Shown here: positions 13,300 to 27,800 of the stretch, piece after piece
Layout of the letters: every line of letters begins with the position of its first letter
Numbering within the stretch: position 1 is the first letter of the stretch
From: Tubulanus polymorphus
Lineage: Eukaryota; Animalia; Nemertea
Assembly: GCF_964204645.1 (NCBI RefSeq)
Contig: NC_134029.1
Location: forward strand, 21,136,950 to 21,200,949
Direction of reading: 5' to 3'
DNA length: 64,000 nucleotides
Made by a program: the position numbers and the translations under genes
Notes under the pieces: model-generated
Seen by the model: only the letters and a program-made list of their open reading frames with translations
What the model was told of the DNA's origin: nothing
Databases searched by the model: none

Positions 13300-13460
13300 A
13301 ATCTCTGTGGCAAGGTGTTCGCCTTACAATCGAGAGGTTGTGGGTTCAAATCCTACTGAAACCATGCTATTCAGGCAAGACACATATACATAGTCATAGA
13401 TCAGTGCTGGTCGACTCTCCTGATTTAACCACAAAAGTCTTAACTAAGGCTAATAATACT
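13300..13460 (+). mobile_element. tRNA-derived SINE-like fragment upstream of the CNOT7 CDS
   Basis: A Pol III B-box GGTTCAAATCC at 13343-13353 follows a tRNA-like gaggttgtg. Downstream is a ggcaagacac core-like segment. No complete cloverleaf is visible and the boundaries are approximate. Confidence 0.5.
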
Positions 13461-14045
13461 CATCTTACAAGGGCTCAGCAGTAACTTATAGATTAGATTA
13501 GAACTCATTGGAAGGGAGGTGACAGTGGCGTTGGAAGTGCAGTAACGGCAGCGGCGAAAAACCGCGGCAATAATTTACCGAATGATTTTTTTTTTCTTTG
13601 AATACTGCGTTTTTGAAGAAATCAAGTAAATTCGCCGCAGCAATATTAGAACCTGTCCAATATCCGTATTTGGCCGCAGCAATCAAAAATTGCTTCCAAC
13701 GCGCCTGGGTGATAAACAACACCCTTGGACAGTAGGATGGAAAGATCACTACGACATTCACACTTTATCTAGTAACAGTTGGAGAATTACCTTAGGACGA
13801 CAATGCAAGAAGTCAACTGCCTCCAGAGGGATACCTGGCCACCCTTATCACTACTGAGACCTTCCCTTATTTATATGGAATTTTCATCTAAGGTTCATTC
13901 AATCCACTTCTGATACAAATGTTTCTATGAAATTCTCTTCTTGGTTTCAGATCCAACGAAATCGAATTAGTTCGTTAATGAAACGTCGGCACCAGCGACT
14001 GGATATATTGTACTGGTTGTTCAGTGTATTATGACTATAAACAAT

Positions 14046-16382
14046 ATGCCAGGGTGCAATCAGTCCCAGAACTATGGCATACGCGACGTATGGGACAGCA
14101 ACGTCGAAGAAGAATTCAAGAAAATCAGGAAAATCATTCACAAATACAGTTTCGTCGCGATGGTAAGAGATGATGACGATCATTGGGACCGAAGTTTTTT
14201 TTACGAAATATCAGTTACTGTTTTTCATTACCGCACTAAATACGGACCCAGTTATCCCGACAAATAGCGTGCCTAACAATCAAAATTTAGTTTTCAATGT
14301 ACTTTCGTCTAGATTTTTAGCCCTCTTTATCAGACGATATAATGAACCCTGCTTCAAAATGCAGATTCGATCAATTAAGGTATAATCTATATGTACGTTT
14401 TATTGAATTTAAGAAAAGTATTGGCAAAGGTGGATCCCGGGGGACCAGGGCAAGGGTGGGTCCCAGGGGGACTAGTCAATAATTACTTATGTGCCTTCAG
14501 TACCCTGGTCCCCCACCTTCCAAAAATCGTGGCTCTGCCCTTGATAGCTAGATTTTAATTGAATCTGAGAAGAAATCCAGCATTGATATGTTTGTATACT
14601 AATAGTATACAAACCAATGGTACTAGTGACTAGTGCCACTGACGGATCCTTGCTTGCCATAGATGGAATCCTCTAAGCTCTTGCGTGGTGTCAATGTTAG
14701 GTCGGACACAAATCTGATTAACAAAACTTCCTTTTATTCATAGGACACCGAGTTTCCGGGAGTAGTGGCGCGACCTATCGGCGAATTTCGAAGCACATCC
14801 GAATATCAGTATCAGCTTTTGAAGTGCAATGTTGATTTGTTAAAGATCATCCAAGTAGGTCTGACTTTCATGGACGAAAACGGCGACTCGCCTCAGCCGT
14901 ACTGCACGTGGCAATTTAATTTCAAATTTAGCCTCACGTAAGTATATCATCAACGCATGATTTCGGCACAGAATTCGTCGGATTTTGTGATATATGATTC
15001 TACGTAATTAATGCGCGTTATTTCAGAGAAGATATGTACGCTCAGGACTCCATCGATTTACTGCAAAATTCGGGTATTCAGTTCACGAATCACGCAGAAA
15101 AAGGAATCGACGTGGACCATTTCGCGGAGCTGCTTACGACGTCGGGCATTGTTTTGACCGATAAGATCAAGTGGTTATCATTCCATAGGTAAGTCTATCC
15201 AGTACGCCGCGCTTCCGGGATTTAGAACCGATTAAATGAATCTATGAATTTATGAAAAATCTGGATGTATGGGTGGACTGAAAATCAAAAATATTTGATT
15301 TTGCCATGTTCTTAATCAAACTGTTTCCCTCTTGCAGCGGTTACGATTTTGGATACCTACTGAAATTATTGACTGGTGCTCCACTTCCGAGCGAAGAGTC
15401 CGAGTTTTTCGACTTTTTACGGATCTATTTTCCGAACATCTACGACGTGAAATACTTGATGAAAAGTTGCAAGAATTTAAAAGGCGGTCTACAAGAAGTT
15501 AGTGAACAGTTGGAGGTATGTTAGCCTGCACGGTTGCTTTCCGTCCGAAGCAGGATATTTAAGTGCTGTTTTTAATATTATACGTGAAATTTTTTCAGAT
15601 TCAGAGGATCGGGCCTCAACATCAGGCCGGAAGTGATAGTTTGTTGACGGGGGCTTCGTTCTTTAAGATGAAGGAGGTAAGCTGTGAACCCTTTGAGAAT
15701 AAGAATCACGGAAGTTTGATTTTATCATTGATGATAGTTTAAGTCTCATGAAAATTTTTAGCACACATAAGGGCTCTGATTCAATGAAAACTCCCCTCAA
15801 TTGAAGATATATTTGCAAGACCTCAAATTTCCTCTAAACTCGAGATATGTGATTTTGAGAATGTCCTGAAAACTAACCGCGTAATGGATTCGTTGATGTC
15901 CTGGGTTAACCGTGGCCCGGTTTCATAGACTGAGTATCAATTAAAGTTATCCCTAGGAGTAAATCCTCATTCTGGGTGACACGCAACGGGACAATGAAAA
16001 ACCATGGTTATAACTGACAAATTTCAAAATGTTCCCAGGGACTATTTTCCTTCCATATCTATTAAACCCAGCCGGTATATAATAAGTAAAACAAGGTGGA
16101 TAGCACTTTATAGATTAACTTGTTCATTATTTGAAGTACGAGCTTTCGCCCCTAAATTAAGTAAAGGATATGAATAAAACTATTATTCTTCAGATGTTTT
16201 TCGAAGACAACATCGACGACAATAAGTATTGCGGTCACTTGTACGGATTGGGAACGTCGTACGTTCAGAATGGTTCCGCGTACGAGAACGCGACGTCGAA
16301 TTCGAACCACGGCTACACCGGATCTTCGTCGACCAACAACGTAACGACCAACGGCGACGTCGCGCCGACCTCTTCGAGTTGA
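14046..16382 (+). CDS. CNOT7: CCR4-NOT deadenylase subunit CAF1 (CNOT7/8). Exons 14046-14162, 14744-14937, 15027-15188, 15338-15515, 15599-15676, 16194-16382
   Basis: DEDD nuclease motifs [30 protein letters not shown] and [13 protein letters not shown], plus C-terminal [10 protein letters not shown]. All junctions are GT-AG and in frame. An in-frame upstream ATG exists at 14031. Confidence 0.97.
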
Positions 16383-16669
16383 CGCAATTCGCCGGCTGGC
16401 AAAAATTCTTGAACCGCACGAAAAAATCGAACATCATCCTCAATCGTGGTACGATGATCTACGGCAGTGACACCTATCGGCCGTGTGGTCGATGAAGAAT
16501 CCTACACTACTCTCAGTGAGTCCGTGATATATTTGAAACGTTTGTTGAAAAGCCTGTTATCTGTGATTGTCGACTCTAAAACTAGTCCCTAATCCCAGCT
16601 GCCTTTTATATATACAGTTTTAACAGAGATGAAGAAAAAAACATGTTTATACACTGCGTTATTGATAAC

Positions 16670-17053
16670 CAGGGTCCCTACAACTCCTCGATTCATTTGC
16701 AACTCCTTTTATTTGAGCAAACTGCCAGAAACTCTGTCAATTTTGAGAAATAGGCAATTAGATATTTTAGAAGTTGTACAGTAGACTTCGCCTAAATCAG
16801 AACAGTTGGAACCAGGATTTTTTGTTGCCCTATTAAGCAGTTACAGAATTAGAAGCCGAGTTTGGGTAGCGTAAACGATAGAAATATGCTTACAAAACCA
16901 ATAAATTAACAGTTTACTGAGATAAACAGTACTGATTTAGGAGGAGTTAACTGTAATGTGAATATCAAAGTGATACAGATGCTTCCTTGAAATTTGATAT
17001 ATTCTCCTTTGAAACTCCTTATATCCAGGAAAAACTGATCGGTAGGGACCCTG
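16670..17053. mobile_element. Composite TIR element (CAGGGTCCCTAC ends) containing an inner TA-CAGT MITE at about 16778-16954, in the probable CNOT7 3' UTR
   Basis: The outer ends cagggtccctac and gtagggaccctg form a perfect 12-bp inverted repeat. The inner ends are tacagtagacttcgcctaaatcag and ctgatttaggaggagttaactgta. A second family member lies at 21489-21883. Confidence 0.75.
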
Positions 17054-18286
17054 ATAGTGTAAAGTACAGAAAAATTTCATTCTTTAGCAAGTGAAGTAGT
17101 CAGCCAATCTCGAGTCTCATAAAACATTTGCAATTTGAATTGAATTTTACAGGATATTTTATGAACTTTTCATACGAGTATTATTTTAATTTTATACATG
17201 TCTGCGTGTACATTCATTCCTATTACCGTACGCTAGGTTTAAAGTCAGTTCGCAGGACCCTGAATCAGTACTGTATTGCCTTGCTTATCTTGGGATAGCA
17301 TCTATAGATCAAGTGTGATTAAGAGATGGATTTTAGCGTGGTATATATATATAAGGAATATTCAAAACTCTTAAGTCTTAAGCCCAACATGGGGAAACAT
17401 GGAGTCAATCATGGTTGATCTCGGAAACATTGTTTCCCAAAACTATGATTGGCGTAAACGCGCGGAGACAACGAAACACTTTCACATGTTTCTGTTTCCC
17501 GGCGATGTTTGCATTGGGCTTAAGATGCCACGAAAAGTGTAAAGTGCGAGTTAAGCAAGGTTTATTGTATCGAAATCTAGAATCCTATTTGCCTGGTGTT
17601 TGCCTCTTTCCCTTTATTGACGTGTTTATGCTGATGTCTGTAGTGAGTGTTGTGTTACTCTTCTTCATGGACCACATGATTCCAGTGAATAATCTGCCGA
17701 GTTCTAAATCTGTCGTTATCGATTAACGTAAACGTTTTAATTCACTGTATTTTAATAATTAAGACATCATCTAGATTTTTTTCTTAAAAAAAATAAATAA
17801 ATAAAGAAACTAGTCTCTGGGTACGCTCTAGAAAAGAGCTATATTAGCCATCCGTATTCGAACTGCGTTGATCTTCCATAATATCATTAGTACATACAGC
17901 GGGATCAATGCACGTATTTTGTACAAGAAAGTTTTTTTGACAATGCTAAGAAAGTCTGTAACGACAAGACTGATAAACTGTCTCTGAATTAGAAACGAAC
18001 ATTTTTCACGATGATGGTATGATAATATACATATGTATCGAGACTGGTTTAATTTTGGTTTTTTTTATGCCCCGAGGGTGCTGTGTCGAGTCAGGAAATA
18101 GGGGGCTTGTTTTTATGTTGTGTAAATAAAGTATAACCTTCTCTGTATTCTTCGTAGCAAAAAAAATCATTTGTCTCTTGGTTTTATACCGTCTCGGAGC
18201 CGTCATTCGTTCTTGCGAATGGTTTTCTGTCGGACAGTCCCTTATTTTGTCTTCGCCTTGGTGACGAGCATCTCCGAATATCATCT

Positions 18287-18430
18287 TGTAGTGGAACCTC
18301 GTTACAACAAACTTCAGAGGACCAGAAAATATGTTCGTTATTACCTATAGTTTGATTTAGGATGAAATTCTAGGTTACAACCGATGAATTGTTGCAATAT
18401 TTAAGGTCATTATGATAAGGTTCTACTGTA
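18287..18430. mobile_element. Degenerate TA-CAGT-type MITE between CNOT7 and VWA3B
   Basis: tgtagtggaacctcgtta at the left pairs imperfectly with tgataaggttctactgta at the right. Confidence 0.5.
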
Positions 18431-18859
18431 TCATAAATCCCAGTAAGTTTTTCCCTCGCCCAGAATCTCTCTTGACCTTCTTGGAACTAAAGATAAAGAT
18501 GTTTCAGCGATGTTAGATATCATATCCTCAATTTGACAAACAAACAATACCGTATTTAGTATTGTACAAACCGAAAACATTTAATTCACAAATTAACAAA
18601 TAGCTTACAACATAAAAATACATGTAGGACATTATTCATAAACGGATTATTTTAATACTATATGCACCATAGCTGGCTAGCAGTCACTAATGGTCCTAGC
18701 AATCACTAATGGTCCTAATGAACTAAATTAAGTAAAATCTAGTAAAATCCATAAGTAAAACATTCTACAAATATAAATTTTTGTAAATTATCTTTTTATC
18801 ACAGTCTTTATATATTAGATGAAATCAATTCAGCAAATGATTAGAATAAATGAGGTAAA

Positions 18860-21800
18860 TTAAGAATTCCTGCCAGCAGAAATAGAAGAATAGGCTAATG
18901 TGATCGGTTGTTGGGAATCTATGCTGATAGCATGTTCTAGTTTCGTCGGTAGGTTTTCTTTGCTTTTGAAATACATCGTAGCGTTGTTGTAGAAATCTTT
19001 TGACAACCAAAAAACTTGCATCGGCTCGAAATTTTCGCGTCTGAAATTAGGTTAAAAAACATTTTAGATAACTCGGATTTTGATAAGATTCGGGTTTAAT
19101 TCGTTAGAGTTTGGTCTCAGATCTTACTTTTTGCCGTTGCAAAATCTGATGGCGAGTTTGTCAATGGCGATCGTAGATATTCGTCCTGGTAGATAGGTCA
19201 AGGTTTGTTCGTCTGCCACGGCGAGTACTTTATCACCGACGGTTAGCGGATGACGTTTCGTGAACGGCCCGAATATGCACGAGGCCGATTGCTCCGATTC
19301 GCTGCCGTCTGCCCAAACGAGAACGAATTCATTACCGCAATCCAGTCGCTCTTTTACGGAAGCTAGAAATAGAATATACGAACGTAAGTTTAAGATCCTA
19401 CTAATGGATCGGATCACAGCTATGTTAGAGATTCAAGCAGTTGTTGATTCAATTTGGAAATTGAAGTCATGTAAGATAGCTTGGTTGGTTGCGAGTATCA
19501 GTGAGCAAGGAATTCTTAGATGAACTTCTAAAAGAATAAACTATTTTCAACTCATCGAAAATCAGGGATGGGGGTCAAAGCGGTGTGGGCCCCCTATCTT
19601 TTGCCAACATTTTCAAAACCTGGTTTTATACAGCTACACATAACAGTCGCAAATTATTACTGCTCATTTTGTTCTAGGATCACTCTAGATGATCAGAATA
19701 CGACTAGGCCTGAATTTGGGTCCCCAATTCAAAATTCCTGAATCTACTCCTGAAAAAAACTTTGTGCTTAGACTTTAAAGTTTGATAAGTTACTGAAAAA
19801 CCAACACAATAAAATAACAAGACACCTAAATTCGTTCTTTTATAATTTGAAATATTTTTACCTAGATTATAAGCACCAGTGTCGTCGTTCCTAGCGATGA
19901 CCGCTTGACCGATCCATTTCTCTTCGCATTCGACGATGAACTTCACGTCTTTGTCGAATTTCTCCGTCGGTATCTTATAGACGTCTTCGCGCAGCAGATG
20001 AGACTCAATCCCGTCGTAGAAACGCACGAGTAACGATAAATCGGGAAACACGTCAAGGACGACTCCCGGAGCGTAACTGTACGAATATTTCGGATGTAGT
20101 CCGATCACCGTATCTTTTATCTGAAGTGTGAAAATGCAGAATTATTTTCAATTCTGTTAGATATGAGCGATCAGCTATTAGAGGACCTAGTACTCATTAT
20201 TACTTATTACTTATGGATACTTATACAGTAGACTCCGTTCAAGTCTGATCAACTTGGAGATAACCGTTCAACTTGGGTAATTTTTGAAATATTCTTTTGT
20301 GACACTATATGAAATACATAACATCCAACTCGGGTATCACTCAAATCGGACACATTGTTACTGTCCCAAAAGATCCGACTTGAGGGAAGTCGACTGAACT
20401 TGGTCCCAGACTTTCCTGGCAGGGATTCGAACCTGGTTGCATCACTATACTCAGCCACAGCAAAAATGGCTTAATCTAGCAATGCCAGCAGGTGTGAATC
20501 CATGCCTTGGTTCAGAAATCCTGGCGCTGATTCCATAGTCATGACTTGAAGTATGATCGTGGAACTGGCTGCTATTCAACAGAGTTAAAAAGTGAACTTT
20601 GGGTCTAACCTGAGTTTTGTCTCAAGCTTCCACTTCAGAAACTGCCATAATTGTTATGAATGGGATGAAATTTACTACTAAATCAAAAGATTTTCTGTGA
20701 AATACCTGAATAACTTGATCCGCATCATCGGCATCGGCGATTATATCTTCTCTCCAAATCTGTTCCAAATCGTTGCAGGCATCTTCTACCAGGTACAGGT
20801 TATCTTTATATACCTTTGCAATTGTTCCTACGGCGAACAAACAAAAGTAGACGTTATCAAAACTAAATTTCTGCCAAAAAATTTGAGCGTCGTAGCTGTG
20901 GAGGACAGCGACGTGTTTTTACCTCGATAATACCAGCCTTCATCCGACCAGCGTGCTAGCACCTCCTCACCCTCTTTCAGCGGTAGATTCGCAAGTCTCA
21001 TCTCTAACTGTACCGTTGATGTCGGTGTCTCACTGGTTTCATTATCAGCTACTAAAGAAAACATAGGTCAATAACAGTTTTGACCATGGACTTTGTTTTA
21101 GTTCATGGATTCGCCAATTACATTCAATGACTTACTTTTCTTATCTAAATCTCTTTCAGGTGAATTCTTGCTCTTTCTCGACTTTTTCTTGTTTTTCACT
21201 GGGCGTTGTATCCCTTTTGAAGAATCTTTGTCTTTCGTGACGACTTTCGAAGACTCGGCATCTTTTTTCAAGGCGACTTCATCACCGATTTCAGCAACTG
21301 AATCTACTCGCGGTGAACTTTGGTCCGACACCCAATCTTTCGTTCGTTCATCGCGAAACTTCTTACTCGACTTGTTTTCGTTTAAGAGCTTCATAATTTC
21401 AGCCTGAGTTAATTTGTCGGATTCGTTAATTTTCTGGAAGATGTTAATTTAAGGATCTTATTAGAATGCCGTCGAAGAAATCACCGTTCAGGGTCCCTAC
21501 AACTCCTTGATTCCTTCTCCCTACTCTTTCTAAACAGGAAATACTTTTGTGCTTGAACTCTTTTTATTTGAGCAAAACACCCAAAACTTTTAAAAAATTG
21601 CTTCAATTTTGAGAAATTGGCAATTAGAAATGTTGTAGAGTAGACTAAACCTATATCAGTACAGGTTGGGACCTGAGCCAGTTGCACAGTCGTGACTTAA
21701 GTCCAAAAGTGGTCTTAAATCTTAAGACTGGTCTTAAGTTGTTAGATTGGCTATAGAACTAAGTTGGTCTTAGAATGGTCTTAAGTCTCAGCCATGACTA

Positions 21801-24800
21801 TGCAACCAGCCCCAGGATTTTATTTCACCTGATGCCGGTCCAGGAATGACCGATCCAGGATTGACTGATCAGTAGGGACCCTGCTGTTGCATTTAAACGG
21901 TTGTTGAGTTGTTCACTGACCTTTTGATTCTCTTCATACTTTTCCAAGATTTCTTCTTGTTTCTTCAGCAACTTGTGATGTTCTTCGAGTAGTTTCCGTT
22001 CGGTTTGTTCTTGTCTGCGAGCCTGTTCCTCGGCGAAACTTTGTTGAGCTTTAGCCAGCTTTCTGGTTTCTTGGCGAAGTTTCTAATCGGGATTTTTTTA
22101 AGTTTATGAGATAAACCGAACTATGAATTCACAATAAAAGCACATCAATGCGTTAGGTTGATTGTAATTACCTTTTGGCGACGTTCCTGTTTTCGTTGCT
22201 GTTGCTCTAATTCGTGTTGTAATTCATCTAAGCGATTCAGCTGCTCTTTTAATATCTCCAAATGTCTTGGGTCGACCAAAATATCTCTTCGCTTTGACTT
22301 TTTGTGATCTCTCTCTGAAGTCGTCGATTCGTCCGTAATAGATTTCTTGTGCTCTGGCGTCATATCTGATTCCGTATATTCCGATACGCTTGACCGAGCC
22401 TCATTCATTATTCCATCAACTTCACGTCCTCTAGATGATCTGTGTAGAACCAAAACACGTACATGTATACGTCACCAGTTCAAATATATCGAACGTAGTC
22501 TATGTAAAATTCTTTAATCTCGAATACCGTAACTAACGTTTTAATTCATTAATATCGAACGTTAGATCGTTCTTTCATGCGTGCAGCAGTACTGCACAAA
22601 ATCTTGTAAATGAACACAAAACGCGGTTGAATGAGATTTCATAATCTGGGGGGGTATATGAAGTAATAATATGAGATTAGGCCTCTAATTCCCTGTTTTT
22701 CTATGCGGAGATGATGTCATTAATCAGGATTTCATGGATTAATGACTGGCTGATTCACACGGAGCATGAAAATTCCAGTATTTCCTGAGCGATCAGAGAA
22801 TTATATCATAGGCAAGCGCTCGGAAATTACATCACCCTAAAGACATTCGTGATATAAGAATCTTACTTGGTCTTAGTCTTGTTTTTCTGAGGTGCCTTCG
22901 GATTTTTATACGGGTGAATTTCCGTTTTGAAACTGTGGAAAAATCAGAGCAGATTTTGTGGTTGAGTTGAAAGAGATTACTCGCAAAATCATATAAAATC
23001 GGACATGAGTACTCACTTTTCATCATCCGTGTTGTAGGAATCTTTTAAGAACCGAATCGCAAAACTGAATCTTGATTTGCTTATTTTGATTAGCGAATTA
23101 CGGAGTACAGTTGTCTGAAAAATGGAAAACCATTATACGAATTAGACGTCAAACGCTGGTCGAAAAAGTAGCCGAATTTGATGAGACACATACCCTTTGT
23201 CCTGTATAGAAAACAACTGTGTAGAACCTGGTCTGGCCTTGTTCTCTGAATGGCGTGTTCCTGACTATACCTGGTACATAGCATTCCTTATTCGAGTCAA
23301 TATTGACAGCTCTCACTAAGACGTAGTCACCTATCTGAAATACCAATCGATCCACGCTGTTCGTTAACTCTTGTTTAGTGTATGACATCGTGGCTGCTGA
23401 AGTAGCTAGTCTTTCGATCCCCCAAAATACAGAAAATTTAAGCTTAATTTTGGTGTAATCTTCTATTTCTCACATCAGTTTGATATATTTCAAAGTAATT
23501 ATCAGCATTGATAGAACATTGGCATCCACTCTGGTAGGGCAGACGATATTTCATAAGGGGTCAGGTATATAATAGTCACTAAATTGACAAGTAACTCTGG
23601 CATTTGCTCGGCCGAATTTTTATAGACCGTATTTTATAGCTCAAGGGGTGGCTGATTTTCAGGGTTGGATGTGAACATGGAAGGGGTGGTCGCCCCTCTA
23701 AAACCTGTGGTGGAGAACAATGAGAGTAGAATAAGCTTAGAATCAATTGTTTCTGAAATCATGTTTAAATCCTCAAAAGCTTGCAGTAGATATCGTTCAA
23801 TAGTGAAGTCTGTTGCAATCAAATTAGCCAACTGAAAATACGAATGTATTTTTGTTTAGATACCTGTAACATTGGGCAGGCGACCGCTCCACCAGTTGGT
23901 ATAATAAACCTCGACGGTACTACACATTTGCCCATTTTATCAAATTTCACCAGCGCGTGCCTGGTATCCGTACTCTTTATAACAGTCCCTAAAGCGAAGA
24001 TCGTGAAGCCCGTTTTAAGCATGCGAGAATGAATATTATTGAAACCATTTATTTGCAATGTTTCAGTTTACCTGGATAATACAAGCCATCAGTACTATGT
24101 CGAGATACACATGACTGTCCCCGCAATGGATCTACTTTCAATTTGTCACGTTTTGTCGCAGATGTAACATTATTCGTCGGTTTGCTATGATTTTCCTTTC
24201 CCTGAGAAATGAGAGAATGCATACGTTTTATATAGCACGATACGAGAGGTGAAAAAAACCTATTCGAATGTGATGTAAAGCTACGATATGTTGTGACAAA
24301 GGGACAAAATGTAATAGAGTGTTCCCTTAGCGACATCGATATTTGTGATAAACATTACAATGTTGTTTATCTCCTGCCTACATGGCCGCTAATAATGTGT
24401 ACTGCCAGCCAGAAATAACCATAAAGAACATGTACAACCTTTATTATCGGTAATCTAAAAAGTTTTACAATCTACCATCAAGTGAATGTAGATGCACCAA
24501 ACGCTAGACCTGAACCACAAACCCCTGAATACGGATACATACCATGTTTTAGCGACTGTGGTTCACAATATCATCTAACAAACTCAGAACTCAATCAGTA
24601 ACTGTGCTGTAATCATTCCAAATGATTACCGCAAAGTATTATTGAACCGATAAATGAATTATTCAGATTGCGAAGACATGCGTGTTAATGATACGCAAGT
24701 TCTTGATTAGATGGCAGTGTATAATTAGAAAACAAAAAGTGAAATTTTGAATGTTTTTTTTACCTGCGAACTCTCGATTGAAACAGTACTCAGCGTTCCA

Positions 24801-27800
24801 TTTTTATCAGTTAATTTCCGATTCCTCATTTTGCCTGATCCTGTTCGCTGAGATTCGCGATTATTATCTCGACTATCGACGAATTCCTGATTCTTCAATA
24901 TCGGTAAATAACATTTAAATTGTCCGTTGTCAAATAGTGGACGTTCTAATACTGATTTCACAGACTCGATAAGATTTGCCGTCCTTGAAACTCGAATATC
25001 ACACGGTTTTTGTGGTAATCCAAGCATTATAAGAGAGGCAGGTTCGTATACATGTATTTAAACAATTTGATACAGAATTCTCACGAAGACTACGTATATG
25101 ACCTGTAAGTCTAAATTTATACTTAAAATGTATATAATACCTGCTGGAATTACGACAAAAACATAAACAGAAACTCCGATTTGCCGTGATCTGAGATCGG
25201 ATATATCGTCTATCCAAAATTATCTAGTGCCGATCAATCAATATGTACATATATATATATATATATATACACATACGCCAATAATGTATTGATTTGTTTT
25301 TAATATCGTAACTTAGCAGGCGTTGTTGAGAGAATAATGATCTATGCATAATGAATAACGACCCCGTTCTCTAGTAGGCGCTCGGTATACGTGCAGTCAT
25401 GTATGACTTCACAACGTAGGACTTCAGTCTTTATTGTAATAAACAACCAGCGCTATACAGCTATTTTATGAAACAGCAGGCGGTACTCAATCCCTGAGAA
25501 TATTTTCTACGCACACAACGGATTAGCACGTATTATTTCTGACATTTTCGACCAAACATTCTTTCATTTGTTTTTATAGTTGTATGCGCGGAAATAGCTA
25601 ATGACAATTTCATAAGTTTAAAGACTTTTATCTAAATTGTGATAGTTGAATTGTAAATCGCGATAAGAATTAGACTTGACAGGAATGAATATGACCCAGA
25701 CTTCTTGTAAGATTGGATCTCTTGCACAATTTTGGAATAACATATTTGTTCAGTCCATATACACCCATTTGGAAGTCAGATCTAACATAGTCGCGTCTGC
25801 CATGTCGTTTTCCTCCATTTATAAAGTAGCCAGCTTCCATTTTGAAAGAAATGCACGAGACAAGACCTGAACATGAGACTAGACAGGGGGAGGAGAGGGA
25901 AAGAGAAATGCTTCTCAGTCAATTCCACCAATCGAAAAAAACTTCTCAAAACAATTTAACAGACATATATGCGTGCTTTATTTTTGCTAATAAGCTTTGA
26001 TATAACATAACAAATTTGATACAAACTACAAAAAAATGTCATGCAAAATTCTGTTTGTCCTTACCACATCTTTTAGATAACATTACTAGAGATCATTTTA
26101 TTTTGAATTTGAGTTTCATGAGCAGATCTATTTTTCAAAATGTCATGGTTAGTTGTCTCACTTAGCTTAAAACGCAATAATTCCATAATGAATGGAAGGT
26201 TTATTACCCGGTTATTGATATGAGGACAAACTTTTGTCTTTTATCACAGTCAATGGACAACAATGGACAAACTAGGGTACACCTAGCTGATGGTAAAGGC
26301 AAGACAACATTTGATGCAACATCACATCAAGATTCAACATTTTTACTTTAAAAGCCAGAATTGTACATGCAACAATTAAAACATTATACTTCGTACACAA
26401 ATATTACACTTGTCAAAACCATACCGAAACAATGATTGAATATGTCCCGATTTTATTTTACGCAACGGCTTAATTCAACTCTAACATAAAGAATGTAATA
26501 TAATCTCTAAATACCAGTAACTTAATAATAAACTTATGAATCTATGATTTATAACAAATTTGTAACAAACAAAATAAATGGACGGATATTTCGCAATAAC
26601 CTTTTCTGGACGGCGATTGATTAAATCTCAACAAAAAACAAGATAAATATCAAAAATATCTTATATCTACTTAATATATCACACATTTTTATACATTAAG
26701 ATGAAAATATAAATTCAAGCATTGATTTATATGATTTATAAGTACATGTAACTTTACTATGGTATATATATATTACCAATAAGTGTAAGAAGCATTTTGG
26801 TGAAGTATTTAAAATGCATTATACGTGAGAGAACTGTTTCAAGGCTGTATGTGTTGAGAAAGGCATTGATCTTTATTTCAGCTTTTATGCTGATGGAAGA
26901 TGTCAATAGCGAGTTATATTACAGATTAAGGTTTTGGCTCTCAGGGTATAAAAATGTCAACTTAGATCGTAATACCAGTGCTGACAATTACAACCGAGTA
27001 CCCACAATATCAAGAGTCCTACAAACAGAAAATTTTTCTGAAGGATCTCAATACCTCTGCTCCATTATAAAGCACACTAACTAAAGAATATAGACTGAGA
27101 TTGGTGTTGACTGAGAAGCATATTATCATGTGAAAGGTGCAAATTAAATATGAGCTTAAATAGGAAGCATCCGGCATAGAAAACGAATAGGAGCGAAAAC
27201 AAGGTGACAGAAAAAGAAATGAGATAAAAAATATGAAAGAATCCTGGGACGAGATGTAGGCAAATAGGCAAAAGGTGAAGCAAAATTCTGATAAACGAAG
27301 TAGTTATTCAGTATTTAGTGAACGCCTGCGTTATGTGTCTCTCATAAGTGAACGAAGCTGGAGTAAAGTGAAACATAGCTGTTGAGAGAAGCTGGAGTAA
27401 AGTGTAACATAGCTGTTGAGAATAGTCAATAAACATCTATTTGATTCTAACCTGAATGAACGAAAACCATTTATGGTAGCTCTATTTGAAAGCTTATTCC
27501 TGCTAAGTAATTTTCCGTGAAGTAAAATGAGAAATATACCGGTATATTCAGATTTCAAGGCTGTGCGGACCTTCTACATTATATATGGTATGTATTAACC
27601 CTTTCAGTGCTGGCTGATTTCACCCTTAAGTGCTGGAGATGATTAAAATATTTGAAAAATTCGGCCCCAGTGTGTTGTGTATAACAGGGATACAGCCAAA
27701 GTGCGTCTACACCGCATTTGGTATATCGTTAGTTGACCGCCATCTCTCAATAACTGTATGAATTGACAATCAGATTGATACACTTCGATGCGGAGTACTA

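Noticed and set aside
25676-25905. Strong minus-strand pyrimidine tract and acceptor followed by a 56-codon ORF within the large VWA3B intron
   Set aside because: The phase-0 frame hits a stop quickly and no homology was recognised. It may be a UTR exon, but I cannot support it as coding.
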